In this document: in pieces, positions 48,601-61,300 of the stretch
Layout of the letters: every line of letters starts with the position of its first letter
How positions within the stretch are numbered: the first letter of the stretch is position 1
Assembly (NCBI GenBank): GCA_964234715.1
Contig: OZ174284.1
Length of the DNA stretch: 64,000 bases
Source: Podarcis melisellensis
Lineage: Eukaryota
Direction: 5' to 3' (one strand)
The notes under the pieces: model-generated
Databases searched by the model: none
What the model saw: only the letters and a program-made list of their open reading frames with translations
What the model was told of the DNA's origin: nothing
Position numbers and translations under genes: made by a program

Positions 48601-49354
48601 GGTGCTTACCCAGGATTTGGCTTCCCTGGAAGGAGAGACCATGGTGTCTTCATGAAATATTGTTTTATTTACACCTATATACAACCTGAGCCTATAGTGG
48701 AGGGGCCACAGCATTAACACCCAGAAAGTCTTGCTTCTCCCATTGTCACAGCCTTGGATCCAAGCAGATATCCAGCAGGGCTCTCCCTCTCAGGCATCTG
48801 CCTGCAGCCTGCTTGTAGCCCAGTTCAAACATACAGGGGACTCCCCACTTACACAGGGGTTACGTTCCAGCCTCCCCCCTTGCAGAAGTGAAATTGTGTA
48901 AAGTGAGGAGACCCTCTAAACACCTTTTAATTGCCCTCTTTTCCCATAGAATGTGCTCTTGTTAGTTTAATGGATTGTGCTGTTCAATTTCTCTGCCTCG
49001 TTTCATTTGCCAGCCCTGGTCCTGCAAAATAGGAGATAGCTGAACTGTAATCTGATTTTATAGTTTTAACTCATTTTTACTTTCATTGTATGAAGTTTCC
49101 TGCACACTGCTTAGAGACAACCATAGTAAGTGGTAAACAAACTGTTAAAGTAATTTTTAAAATGCACAGAGCCCCCAAAGCAGAAAGCACTGAATACAGC
49201 AGAAAGGGCGGAACAAGGAACAAACGACCAGTAATGTATTGTTTTGTTCCTCCTAAAGCCATCCTCCCCACCCCAAGAAAAGGGAAGAGACAGAAAGACA
49301 TTTCTGAGTAAGAGTACCTCTTAGCTCAGCCTATACCTCTTTTTACATGCTGCC

Positions 49355-52300
49355 ATGGCCTCCAGTCTATATACTGTTATCACACTTCTCTGGACTCTTC
49401 AAGATGGTGGTAAGATCATGTCTCTCCCCCCCTTTTTTCTGTCTAATCTCTCATTTGTTCAGTCTGGGAAAGCCTTTTCACTAGTCTCTTAAAGCAGTAG
49501 TATTTTCAACCATTTCTGCTGTATATGATCACTTCTCCATTTCTCTGTCCTTTTCTCTCCTGTTCTCTATCCACTTATCTTTTAAACAAGAAAAATAAGA
49601 ATAAAGCTGGTGCCATTGGGGTGATCTATCTTAGATTAGATAGAGTGTGGCTTGTCTGTGGGTCCAAATTTGTGGGTGTAAAATTGAATAATAGTTTGTT
49701 TTTATTCTCCTTCTCCCCATTAACTGATAAATGCAAGCTTACCCTGTGTGTTCTGAGTTGAAAGTGGGAAGGGGAAATATTAACATTTTGTAAATAATGA
49801 AATAATAAAACCCACCGACTGATGGTCAGTGCCTTAAGGCAAGCAGCCTTTTAACACTTTCCAGAACTGACAAAGCAATCGAGCATTAATGGGTGTAGTG
49901 AGTGAACGTATTATGTGAATATAGTGGTGAGTAGGGTTGCAGAAAGTATTATAGCAATTTCCCCCCTCCCTCTCTCATCAAACTTGATGGGACTTTAGCT
50001 AACAATCAGTGATATTCCATGTATATATTGCTTATGTGCTCCAGATGTTTCACATACATTATCAGTTTTAGTAATTCTTATAGCCTAGGGGTGGAAAAAC
50101 TTTTTTTTTAAAAGTCCTGAGGGCCAGAGAGAGAACACTGAAGGGTTGGATTTGGCTCCTGGGCCTTAGGTTTTCCATAACTATTGTCTCTGGGCCAGAA
50201 GAGTTGAGTGCTACCACAATGACTGTCAATAACAAGCAGCTTTCAATGAAAAAACACATCTTAATTATGTTTAAAATAGCCAGAAATATGTAATATCCAG
50301 TTTGGGGCTATAGGGTTCACACTTTTAACCCAAATTGCGCTTGAGGGATCAATACATCCAAAGTGTATTAAAATAACTTTTGGCCAGAGAATGTACAAAA
50401 ATCAGTCAAGATATGCATGTTCCCCAAAACATGTTAGGGCTATGCAGAAGGACTAGATAATGTACAAAATTCAATCAATATTTGCATGTTTCCCAAAGCT
50501 CGTTGGCGCATTTATATATTGATTAGGAAACAGGAACAATTTCCTCTATGAGGCCTGGTGAATGTGCACAATGGCTGCTTGTTATATGCATTAACCAGTA
50601 ATCTAGCATTCCCCATAACACACACACACACATACACTACAAGGTTGACTGTGTTTGGGCTCATGGGGAGATCTTGCTTTTAAGAGGGAGTTGGGATTCT
50701 ATCAGCAGGCTCTTGAATTCCTGTTGGGTCCTGCTTAGGGGTTCATCAACAGAAATAAGCAAGCCATACACAGCTATTTAATGTGTTTACACTGGTAAGA
50801 TATCTTCCAAAAATAATAATCAAAATCACAAAGGTTCATGTGAACCTCATCACCATCCAGCCTCACAGAGCAGTGGCAAAGACAGACATTGAGCACCCAT
50901 CCACTACTTTCAGCTTCCTGGAGCATGAGACAAAAATAGACAATATGCTTTACGAAACAGCCAGTTTTGAAACTGTTCTCCCCCTGCTCCCATTATGTCT
51001 TTGTCATTAAACTGTAATGCAGAATTGCTGCAAACTGAGTAAACTGGCCACTTCCGCCCATCGCTTTCCACATACCAGAATTTCACATGAACAGTAGTAA
51101 GTGGAGTGTGGGGGAAGAAGAGGAAGTCAGCGGCAGCAAAGATGATAAATTCCCACAGTGTTCTGCTTATGGACTCTGCTCTGCGTATCATTTGAAACTT
51201 GCTATTTCTAGTTCAGACAGCAGTTTTTAGAGTCAGCACAATCCTCTTTCTGTACTCCAGCACTTCGCTGGGCATCTTCCAGGTTGGGAATACCCAGAAT
51301 TGCATTGGTGATATCCGAATTAATGGAACAGAGACAGCTGGCTCCCAGTTTGCCCTTGTGTGTAGGTTCTACATATGGCAGTAAGGCATGGGGGGTGCAG
51401 ATCTTCAGCTCCTTGTCTAAAACTTTGTGTAGAATATTTAATGTCAGCATTCAGATATTTAATTAGAAGTAAACATTTCTACAGACATAGGCTTGGCTCT
51501 CTCCTACACGCTGTGGGGGAGAGGGAGTGTGTTCTGCTGAATGTAAAGCTAGGTGCACTGTGAACTGTCTTGGTCAAAAAGGCAACTAGATTGTGGACTT
51601 GTGGTTAAGTCCACCATCTTGTGGTGTTGACCAATGGTAGATGCACACCTGGAGTATTGTGTCCAGTTCAGGAAGCCACAATATAAGAATGTTGAAAAGC
51701 TGGAACATGTGCAGAGGAGGGCAACCAAGATGATCAAGGGCCTGGAAACCAAGCCTGTTGAGCAATGGTTGAGGGATATGGGTATGTTTAGCCTAGAAAA
51801 GAGGAGACTGAGATGTGGCAGCCATTTTCCAGTATCTAAAGGGCTGTTACATGGAGGACGGAGCAAGCTTGTTTTCTCCTGCTCCAGAGGCTGGGACCCA
51901 GACCAATGGCTTCAGGTTACAGGAAATTAGATTCCGACTAAACATACAGAAGAGCTTTATGACAATATGAGCTGTTCGGCAGTGGAATAGACTCCCTTGG
52001 AAGATGGTGGACTCTCCTTCCTTGGAGGTTTTTAAGCAGAGGTTGGATGGCCACCTGTCATGTATGATCTACCGGTAGTTGAGATTCCTGCATTGCAGGG
52101 GGCTGGACTAGAATGACCTTTCCAGCTCTATGATTCTATGATCTAGCGGCAGATTCCTGAGTCATTTGCAGTAGATTGGCCAGAATTTCTGACTCCCAAT
52201 AGCTTAACAAGAGCAACAGCAAGATGACTTTTCCCATCTAATTAGACTGCTTTACTGAAGTTTGCATGAAAGGACTGAGCACTCATAGAATCAGAACTGT

Positions 52301-55300
52301 AGAGATCCTAGTTGCCAGAGGATCATTTCGTCCTGCCTCCTGCAATGCAGCAATCTCAACTAAAGCATCTCTGACAGGTGGTCATCCAACCTCTGCTTAA
52401 AAACCTCCCAGGAAGGAGAGTTCACCACCTCCTCAGGGAGTTCGAGTTCAGATCCTGAAAACAAATTGCTAGACACACAGTGTGTTCACCCTGTTCTTTA
52501 ATTCTAACTCTATCTTTTGTACCTGTCTCCAGCTGGTGGAGCTTTGGATTCTTGTAAAAAGCTAAGTAGATCTGACAACTTGAAGTCCATCCACCCGTGG
52601 TGTACACTCCTCTATTGTCAGACTACTCAATCTGTTGTCATCTCACTCCAGTTCAGAGATGGTAATACAGTGGTGCCCCGCAAGACGAAATTAATTCGTT
52701 CCGCAATTTTTGTCGTCTAGCGAATTTTTCGTCTTGCGAAGCACGAAATCCCATAGGAATGCATTGAAAATCAATTAATGCGTTCCTATGGTCAAAAAAG
52801 GTCTAAACAAAGCCAAATTTGGTACAACAACAGTTTATTAACTGCTCTTTAAAGTCACACATACTGTAAAGAGCAGTTCAAAAACTGAAGGGAAAATAAA
52901 TTAACTTTATAAACAAAACATGTCTTTGTTTTTAGACGTCGTGAGACGTTTTCGTCTTGCGAAGCAAGCCCATAGGGAAAATTCGTCTTGCGAGGCAAAT
53001 CGAAAACGGAAAAACCTTTCGTCTAGCGAGTTTTTTGTCTTGCGAGGCATTCGTCTTGCGAGGTACCACTGTATTTGCATCCTTCTTACAGGCTGCTCTA
53101 GGCTATGGGCAGATGTTGCCAAAGTATAGATGACTGAGCAACTTTTCTCAATCTTGATAACTGTAAAAAAATTATATTTTCCTCATCTACCAGGGACTCT
53201 CCACGTGTATAATGACCGTCTAATCAAGATTGCTTTTGCCAATGAAGAAATTAATGCACTCTGCAAAACAAACATAATGTATAAACCAGATTATACAAAA
53301 TTCATCCTTAGCTATTATCGGATTGACTCGGAAAGCAAGGAGATCACAGTCATGCAATCTCTACAGTCTGTGGAAATTCCTCCCGGTCGTGAGAACCAGT
53401 CAGAGACATTAAATTATCCATTTAAAATAAAGCCTTCTATGCATTCCTCTGTTTCTGGTACCTACTACTGCAAAGCTCTTTGGACACTTAAAAACCAAGT
53501 AAGAAGGGGAAATGGGACATTTATCCTTTTCAGAGGTAAGTTCTTGAAGGCAAGTCAGCGGTGGTGGGTTGAACAACAACCGGGGGTGGGGCAGGGGTGG
53601 TCAATCTTGTGTAAAGGCATTTAAAACTTTAGCTACCTTTATTTGAATGTATACTATAAGCAGACAAATTACAATGTCTAATTGCAAACAAATCACAAAC
53701 TCTTAAAGACCAACTCATTTATTCTGATGTAAGCTTTCATGGACTAGCAAATAGGTATGAGGCTTTGAGTTCCTTGAAGGAAAAATGGGATATAGATTTA
53801 AAACAATGAGCCTTGGCTCCCAGTTACCGCTTATCTGCATGTTTGGCTTTCCTCATTTTCTTGCAGAAAAAGGATATACAGAGCCCCCTCTTACCATGTG
53901 GCTGTGCCTTATCACCATCACCATTATTTTAACTGTTGCAAGCATCATGGGAACTGTCCTTCTGTTCTGGAAGAGAGAGGCAAGTAATTCTTACTTAACA
54001 TCGTGTTGTATTTGCTACAAAATGCAAAAAGTTTTGCAGCATCAGCCACTCAGTAGTGCTGAATATTAAAGTCAGTTACAAAATGCTTGGAATGAGGGGT
54101 TCTACTGATTAAAAAAAAATCTTACTTGATTAATCAAATTTTAATTTATTAAGATTGAGTTGATTAATCAATTAAATCTACATATGTTTGCATGTGGCTA
54201 ACATAACAGTTCTGGAGAAAAATGCATTATTTCTTTGTCTGTAGAAAGTGAGTATACAGGCATCATCTTATCATCTTCAAGAGGGACCCCACCCTCCTAT
54301 GGGAAACGGATGTTCCCTACCATCTGCAGTTTTATATACATATACATAACATTTTAATTCATGTGAAAAAACATATATTTAATTATTGAAGTGTTTCCTA
54401 ATCAGTAATGCCTTTTTGGTCTATGAAAAAATTGTGTATAATAAAAGTACCTGAACTTTTACTTAATTGAAGATTGCAGCCCTGTTTGGAGCAGAAATTG
54501 ATTATGTGTTGGCTACTTGGCCAGCAATAAAAATTCGTACTGTTTGTAAACCAAGAGAGTTCATATCATAGCACTGTTATGAGTATCTGTATGAGTATCA
54601 TAGTACTCATAACATAGTGCCAGTTTGTGGGCTTCTGGTCGGCCACTGAGAGAACAGGATGTTGGACTAGATGGGACCAGAGGGGCCATTGGCCTGACCC
54701 AGCTGGCTCTTATCCTCATACTTCCCTTATCCTGAATAGTGGGAAGTCCTAGACAGCCTTTACAAGGTCAGTGTGTTCTTTGGAAGAGAAAACACTGCAG
54801 GCTTAGACTTGTGGTAAATTTGTGACAAAATGTCTGCAGATTTGAAGGTTGATACTTATATTGTATTATTTATTAAATTTTGAACCTGCTCTTCCTCCCA
54901 AAGGAACCCAGGGTGGCAAACATCATACAACACAACGCAATAAAATTATAATAAAAGCATATTCAAATCATTTAAAAACAATTGGAAACATCAAAAACCA
55001 CTAAGAACATTAAAAAAAAGGAAAATGGCCACATGCCTCACGGTTAATTTCAAGGTTATCAGGAGCAGTATATTTCGGCTATTTAAATGCTTGTGTGAAC
55101 AGTAATGTTTTAAAATTCTTTTTTAAAGTTAATAAGGAGGGTGATGAAGGTATCTCACCAGGCAGAACATTCCAGAAATGGGGAACAAGCACCAAGAAAG
55201 CCTTATCATGTGTGAGCTCCAACTGGGCAGCACCCAGCACCACCAACAGAGCCTGCCAATCATATGGCCTGAGTTGGTTGATATTGGGCAGACCCTCTTT

Positions 55301-58300
55301 TACTTACTTGGGTCCCAAGCCATTTGGAGCTTTATATGCTAGAATTTACACCTCGATTTGGGCCTGGTAACTCAATGATAATTCAAAAGCAAGCGTGCAC
55401 ACCCAGTGCTAATCCCACTGACAACCTGGAAGGTGGAGATGACTGACTCGCACTTCCATTGCTTTGAATGGGATATTAGATTTCCCATTGACCTCCATCA
55501 ATATGCCTACCGTAAGGAAGTTTTAGCTGCAACGGACAGTCAGATGCCCTTGTGCTTCTGTAATAGTTCTGGGGCATTGCCTCTGAACTCAAAGGTCATT
55601 ATGTGGACAGTTCCTAAGCTTTGGTTTATTATTCACATCACAAAGGGATAGCTGTATTCAAAATCCTTTCAACTCCTTTGAAAGGTACAACCTTTCTTCT
55701 TCCTAACTCTTTACATGTTGAATTTATGCTTTGCCATTTATTCCCATTCATCGTATCCTCACAAATTTGTGGTGTGGCCTCAGTGGAGACAGATCAAGAA
55801 GTGCCCTGCTCAGAGGCCGGCCCCTCCACACACTTCAGGCAGCTCAGAACCTCCAGAGCCCTCATATGTTGTGAGTATTACTGTATATCAAGAATGACTT
55901 TTTGTAGCAGCCCTATTCAGAAGCCATTAAGTGTAACATGGTAGAGGCTCAGGGGGATGAATCCACTGCAAAGTTCTGCAGAGAGGGAGGTTTACTATGT
56001 CTAGCTGTACGTGTGAAGGTTCCCTCTCTGTAGACCAGGGTTTCTCAAAGTGGTCGATATTGAACCCACCCCCTGCAGGGGTTGAAGGGACTATCCAGGC
56101 ATTGGGAAAAGACCTAGGGGTCAAAAGGGGCCTGGAGTGGGAAAGAAATGTATGAGGTACAGTGTGAAAAATTTAAGAACTATGAGCCTCAGAAATAAAT
56201 GACATGAGCATGTACAGAGTGTACCCCCCTTGCTCTTCTGAACAACACTGAAAAAGGTTGATCACCAAAGAACATGGTGACTTACAGTAAGACTCTAATT
56301 CATAAACCTGCAGCCCAATATTCACATGTTTGCTAAAGCCCATCAGGTTTCTCACTGGAGAGTATGCTGTATATATTATTTTCACAGAATCATAGAATTG
56401 TAGAGTTGGGACCCCAAGAGTCATCTTGTCCAGCCCCTTGCAATGCAGAAATCTTAGCTAAAGCAACCATGTTTAGCTAGTAGATAATCATAATGCTACT
56501 AGATAATTCTGCAATGATTAACGCATCAACTCTGTCATTGAAAAGGAACTTCATATTCACTTTCTATTACCAGGTCTTTCCTGTCAATTCCATCCCTTAA
56601 AAGAGGGATATATGCTATATTACTTAGTAAGCAACAGAGACGAAGAAAAGCGTCTTGGGCATCTTGAATAAATGCATCTTCAAATTTGTTACGTATTGTT
56701 GAAAGCTGAAGTGCTCTGAGCCATTGAAGATAAAACAGTAGAAAGCCATGCAGCTGTGCAAGAGGAAAATTGCTCTTATGACCTGGGTGGGAAATAGAGT
56801 TGAGCCGAGATTTGGATTAGATGCTTTTGGAAGTTGTATTCTATCCTTGACTATTAGATGCATGAGCAATAGGTTTTAATTACGGTTTATGGTTACCAGT
56901 CAATTCAAAGGGTGGTTGTTAAAGGTATCATTTCATCTTTCCTCTTGCTGGGAGAAAAGATGCACAGGGCATACTGTCATTTGATATCATGCTTTAAAAT
57001 AACAGCTGAGACTCAAAGAACAGAGAAGGAAACTTTTATCTAGTTTTGTCAGGTCTGGGGTGCTGGCAACTGTCAGGAAAAAGGCAAGAGCTGTAAACCA
57101 CAAGTTAGGAATTGGACACAGTGAATATTGCCATGCCTCATGAAAAGTCCCAGCTAGAACAGGAAGCCTGTACAGGCCTTTCTAGTCAGGGGCTACCAGT
57201 GGGCAGCCTGGGTGAAAAGAGGAACTTCAGGGCAAAAGCAGCTTTCGCTTCCCAGCAGGTGGGACTTATTGGGGGGGGGGGAGACTGTGGGGAGGTGGGC
57301 ACAGGGCAAACATAGCAGTGAGAACACCCAAATGGCTGTTCTTACAATACTAAAAAGGCCTTGGGCTGTTCCTCAATGCACCTCTCTTCTCTCTTGGGGT
57401 TCACACCATGTTTTAGCTATCCCTTGCCTTCCCTACTTCTGTAATATCCCCCCGTTATGTTGCTACCTACTGCAGTGGTGAGATCATCTTTCATTTAGTT
57501 AATTCACATCCTCTGTCAGTTTAGGGTAGTGCTGGTGTGTTCATGGCTGCAGTCCCACCTAATAAAAAACTTCCCGTCAAGCCTAAATCCAGCTGACTGT
57601 TATTTGGGGGTCCTTTCATCTATGCCCCCCCATTTTTCTCTCTTCCTGCCTTTTCCCATCGCAGTCACAGAAGGAGAATTGATTCTTGGACAATGCTGTG
57701 CGTTATCAGTTTGTTTTGAAGTGAGTGGTGGGAAACAGAGTTTGACAATTTGTTCTTTTCCTCTTGCTGCGTCACTGAGCCTTGCAAATCCTGCACGTTC
57801 CCCGTTCTTCTGTTAATGCCACCTGTCTTCCCGCATGCTGAAGCTCCTCCCACCATCCTGTTGCTAGGGGAACTGCCACCACGACCATGGCAACCTGCCG
57901 TTACCATAAACACACATAAGTGCTGTTTTGGGTGCCTTTTTTAGATAAGAGACTTAACATCAATACATCTGACATACATATTTAGTGGCAAGATGTTTCA
58001 TCTCTTTGCTTGTGCTTATTTGCAGACTCGGTTTCTCAGTTCTGGGTATTCTGAGGCGCTGCCTGGGGAGTGTAAAGAGCAGACCCCCCTTCTTCTCCAG
58101 CCTTTCTTAGTGATAACTAGGAGGAGCCTAAGCATGGCTATTGCGTTCTTAAGGCAATTGTTGGGATTAAGCGTAGGGTGGAGTATTCTGCTGTATTTCC
58201 AAAAGATAAAAAACTGGATCAGCTAATCCATTTTTCTTTTAATCACCTAAGCTGCAATCTTAAAACGCATTTACCAGGGAGTAAACCACTGCTGGGCAAT

Positions 58301-61300
58301 GTGAAATGTACTTCCAGTGTAGAATAGTGGTTAGAGAATTGGACCTAGGACCTGGGAGACCAGGGTTCAAACCACCATTTGGGCATGAAGCTCACTGGGT
58401 GACTTTGGACCAGCCAGTGCCTCTCAGCCTATCATACCTCACAAGGTTGTTGTGGGGATTAAATGAGGATGGGGAGAACCATTTATGCCACCTCAAGCAA
58501 AAGGTGGGATAGAAATTCTATAAATAAAGTATTTCCTTGTAAATATGCACAGGATTTTGTTGTTATATAGCTCTGTCTCAGTGTCAGGGAATGAGTCATT
58601 TTAGATTTGAATATATTTACATGAATCCCTCATGTAGCATAGTTATTACACAAATTGAGTTTATAGTCAATGTCTCACACCAAAATATGCTGACAATTCA
58701 TGACCCTCCTGTGAGGCAGGGAAAAAGCAGCTTACGAGATACATGAGGTCCCTGGCTAAACAGTTTCAAACCAAAGTCTAACACTCTTAACTGTTAGGCT
58801 ACAAACAGCTGGTATGTATATAAGAATGATCTAAGGGTTATTTCCCCTTCCGTGAGAAGTGACAATTCAAGTTAAAACAAATTAAATAAACCCCAATATA
58901 CCTTCAACCCTGTGCAGAAAAGATTCTTGTCAGATTGTTTTCTTTTCCCTCAGACTTTAATTCAAGGCTTGCAATATTATAAATGTTTGAAGCCTTGGTT
59001 TCTAGTGTTGGGCCAAGGAGTAGGACATCAACAATGTTTGCTTGGTGCCCAAACTGGTTAATAATGCAGAGCCATTCTCATGAAGATCTCAATTTCCCCT
59101 ATCCTCACTTGGGAACCTTGGGGGATGTACATAATTTAGGGCAAACCCCTGTGCACATTTACCTGGGATGAGAATAGTCTATTATTGAGATCCCAACATA
59201 GAAATATAAAACCATTGGTAGGAATTATAATTTAATTTGTATGTATAGGATATTATGATTAACACGTGTCCTTCCCCTTCCTTCCTGCTTCAGGAATTAG
59301 GACCCCGGGAACCCGATGTCTATTTTGCCATTAATAAAAGTACAGGTAGTCCATTGCACAAAAAGGTGCCAGCAGTCAAGGTAAGTCTGATACTTTTATC
59401 CCCATTCGCTTCTGGGTTGGCTGCTGTTACAGAAGCCATATGTGTGATGGGAATGCTAGCAAGAACAAACACATTATAATCTGCAGATCCTGGCTCACCC
59501 AACTCAGCCAAATTACTTGTCACCATCAGTGGTATCTCCTGTCTGAATCCTCGACTGACAGGGTATGTGAGGTATGCTTCCTGGTGTTCTGAACACTGCA
59601 TAGATAACTTCTACATTCTCAAGATTAAGACAAGCCACTTCTAATAATACATTTTATCTGGGTCATGTGTATCCACTACTAAGGCAGAAGCAGCTCTTCA
59701 GGGTCAATAGAGGATAAAATCTATACAGGTCAGGGGCTGCTTCTCACCATTGCACTTTAAAGGTTCCTTGTGCTTCCAGATCAGCTTGTCAGGTAGACAC
59801 TGTTGATCCAGTTTTTCTGGAATGGTTCAACAGTAACGTCTTCCCAGCAGGGTAACCAGAGGACAACTTTTAATCGAATTAAAATAGCCCATGACCAGGT
59901 CAACCTGATATAACACCTTCAAAACTTGGGTTGCATGTATATGTAACTATCTTGAACTGAAGGCATAACATAATGGTATGACCAGACTGAGGGCAAGTCT
60001 GAAAATGTATCCCGAAGTGGTCAGACTTCAGGTTTGCAGGATCTGCTTTGTTTTTCACTAGAAGACTCAGATTCACTAACCAGAAACAGGTGCAAAATAG
60101 TGGCTAAGGAAGGTGGATATAGATTTTTTGCCTCCGAGGGCATGTTCAGTACTGTACCAGAAATGGAGTTCACAGACATTACTGATCACACACAAATTTT
60201 GGGTATCCCTCCCCCCCCCAGCATATTTCCCGTTTTAAGCAGCCTAATTTAGAAGGGGGAGAAATGGTTTTGTTGCCACTATGCTTAACCCATTGGGAAT
60301 TTCGATGATCTGTAAATCATCTGGAGATCTATCTGTAAATCCCAGTCTGACTTCTGGCTGCCTGTGCTCTACTCTATGGTGTTTCGGATTTTTTAAAAGA
60401 AAAATCTTGCCTCTCCATTGTTGCATATGCAATAAATAAAAACCATTGAAAAATGGAGTCACAGAAATATCAATGTCCAACGGGTGCATACTTTGCCAAA
60501 ACAGAACTCATTGAAAGAAGCAGGGAGCAAGTGCTGAAGAATTCACATCATCAAGGCTACAAAAAATCCAGTTAACCAACCACTACTGGTGCCTTTGAAA
60601 TGAGAAAGAATGGAAAAAATGAAGAGAGGGGGAGTACCTACATTTGCACATGCACAGTGCCCGGATAGTGCAGTCAAATTAATTCTGCTAAAGGTAAAGC
60701 AAAATTGCACTGTTAGCAACCTGCACTATGAAGAGATTCTGGGTTATTATGTGTACTGTCATGTATGCTATGTACGTTGCCAGAAAATGGAAAGAGAATA
60801 TGTCAATATCTCCTAGATCAGCCAATCATGAAAAGGTTTTCAATCTTTTGGGTTTCACAGAACTCTTCAGGCAAATTGAGGGTTCAGACCATTAAACAAC
60901 AATATAATTTAGACCCTTATACTTTGAATTAGCAATGTGCTTTCTGTGTATTAGAACACTATGTAGTAAGAATCTCCTGTACCTCTTCCAAAATAGAGCA
61001 TATTTCATTATGAGCTAATTCTTCTAACTCAAGTTAGAAAGGGAACATTTGTACTTGACTGTCATTTATCTGGTGTCTTGTTTCTATGCTTGGCTCTGAA
61101 AACATATAAAGGTTGCCAGCGCATCTCTCTCTAGGCAAGTCCAATTGGAATGCCAGCTGCTTAATTTCCAGATTATGCCTATATTGCTCTTGGGGCCAAT
61201 TTGGATGTTGGTTGTTCTCTGGAAATAGCAGATGTGGAGTCAAATGCAACTCAGCATACCCACAGAAATATAATGTGAGAATTAGAATTGTGTGTATTTC

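Noticed and set aside
51142-51282. Hydrophobic stretch (MDSALRII*NLLFLVQTA) as the NFAM1 signal-peptide exon, implying a pseudogene
   Set aside because: It has an in-frame TGA and no phase-1 donor. A proper leader exon with a strong Kozak context and G|GTAAGA exists at 49355-49409.
55753-55762. GTATCCTCAC as a U12-type splice signal
   Set aside because: There is no matching U12 partner site. A U2-type GC-AG intron explains the junction.
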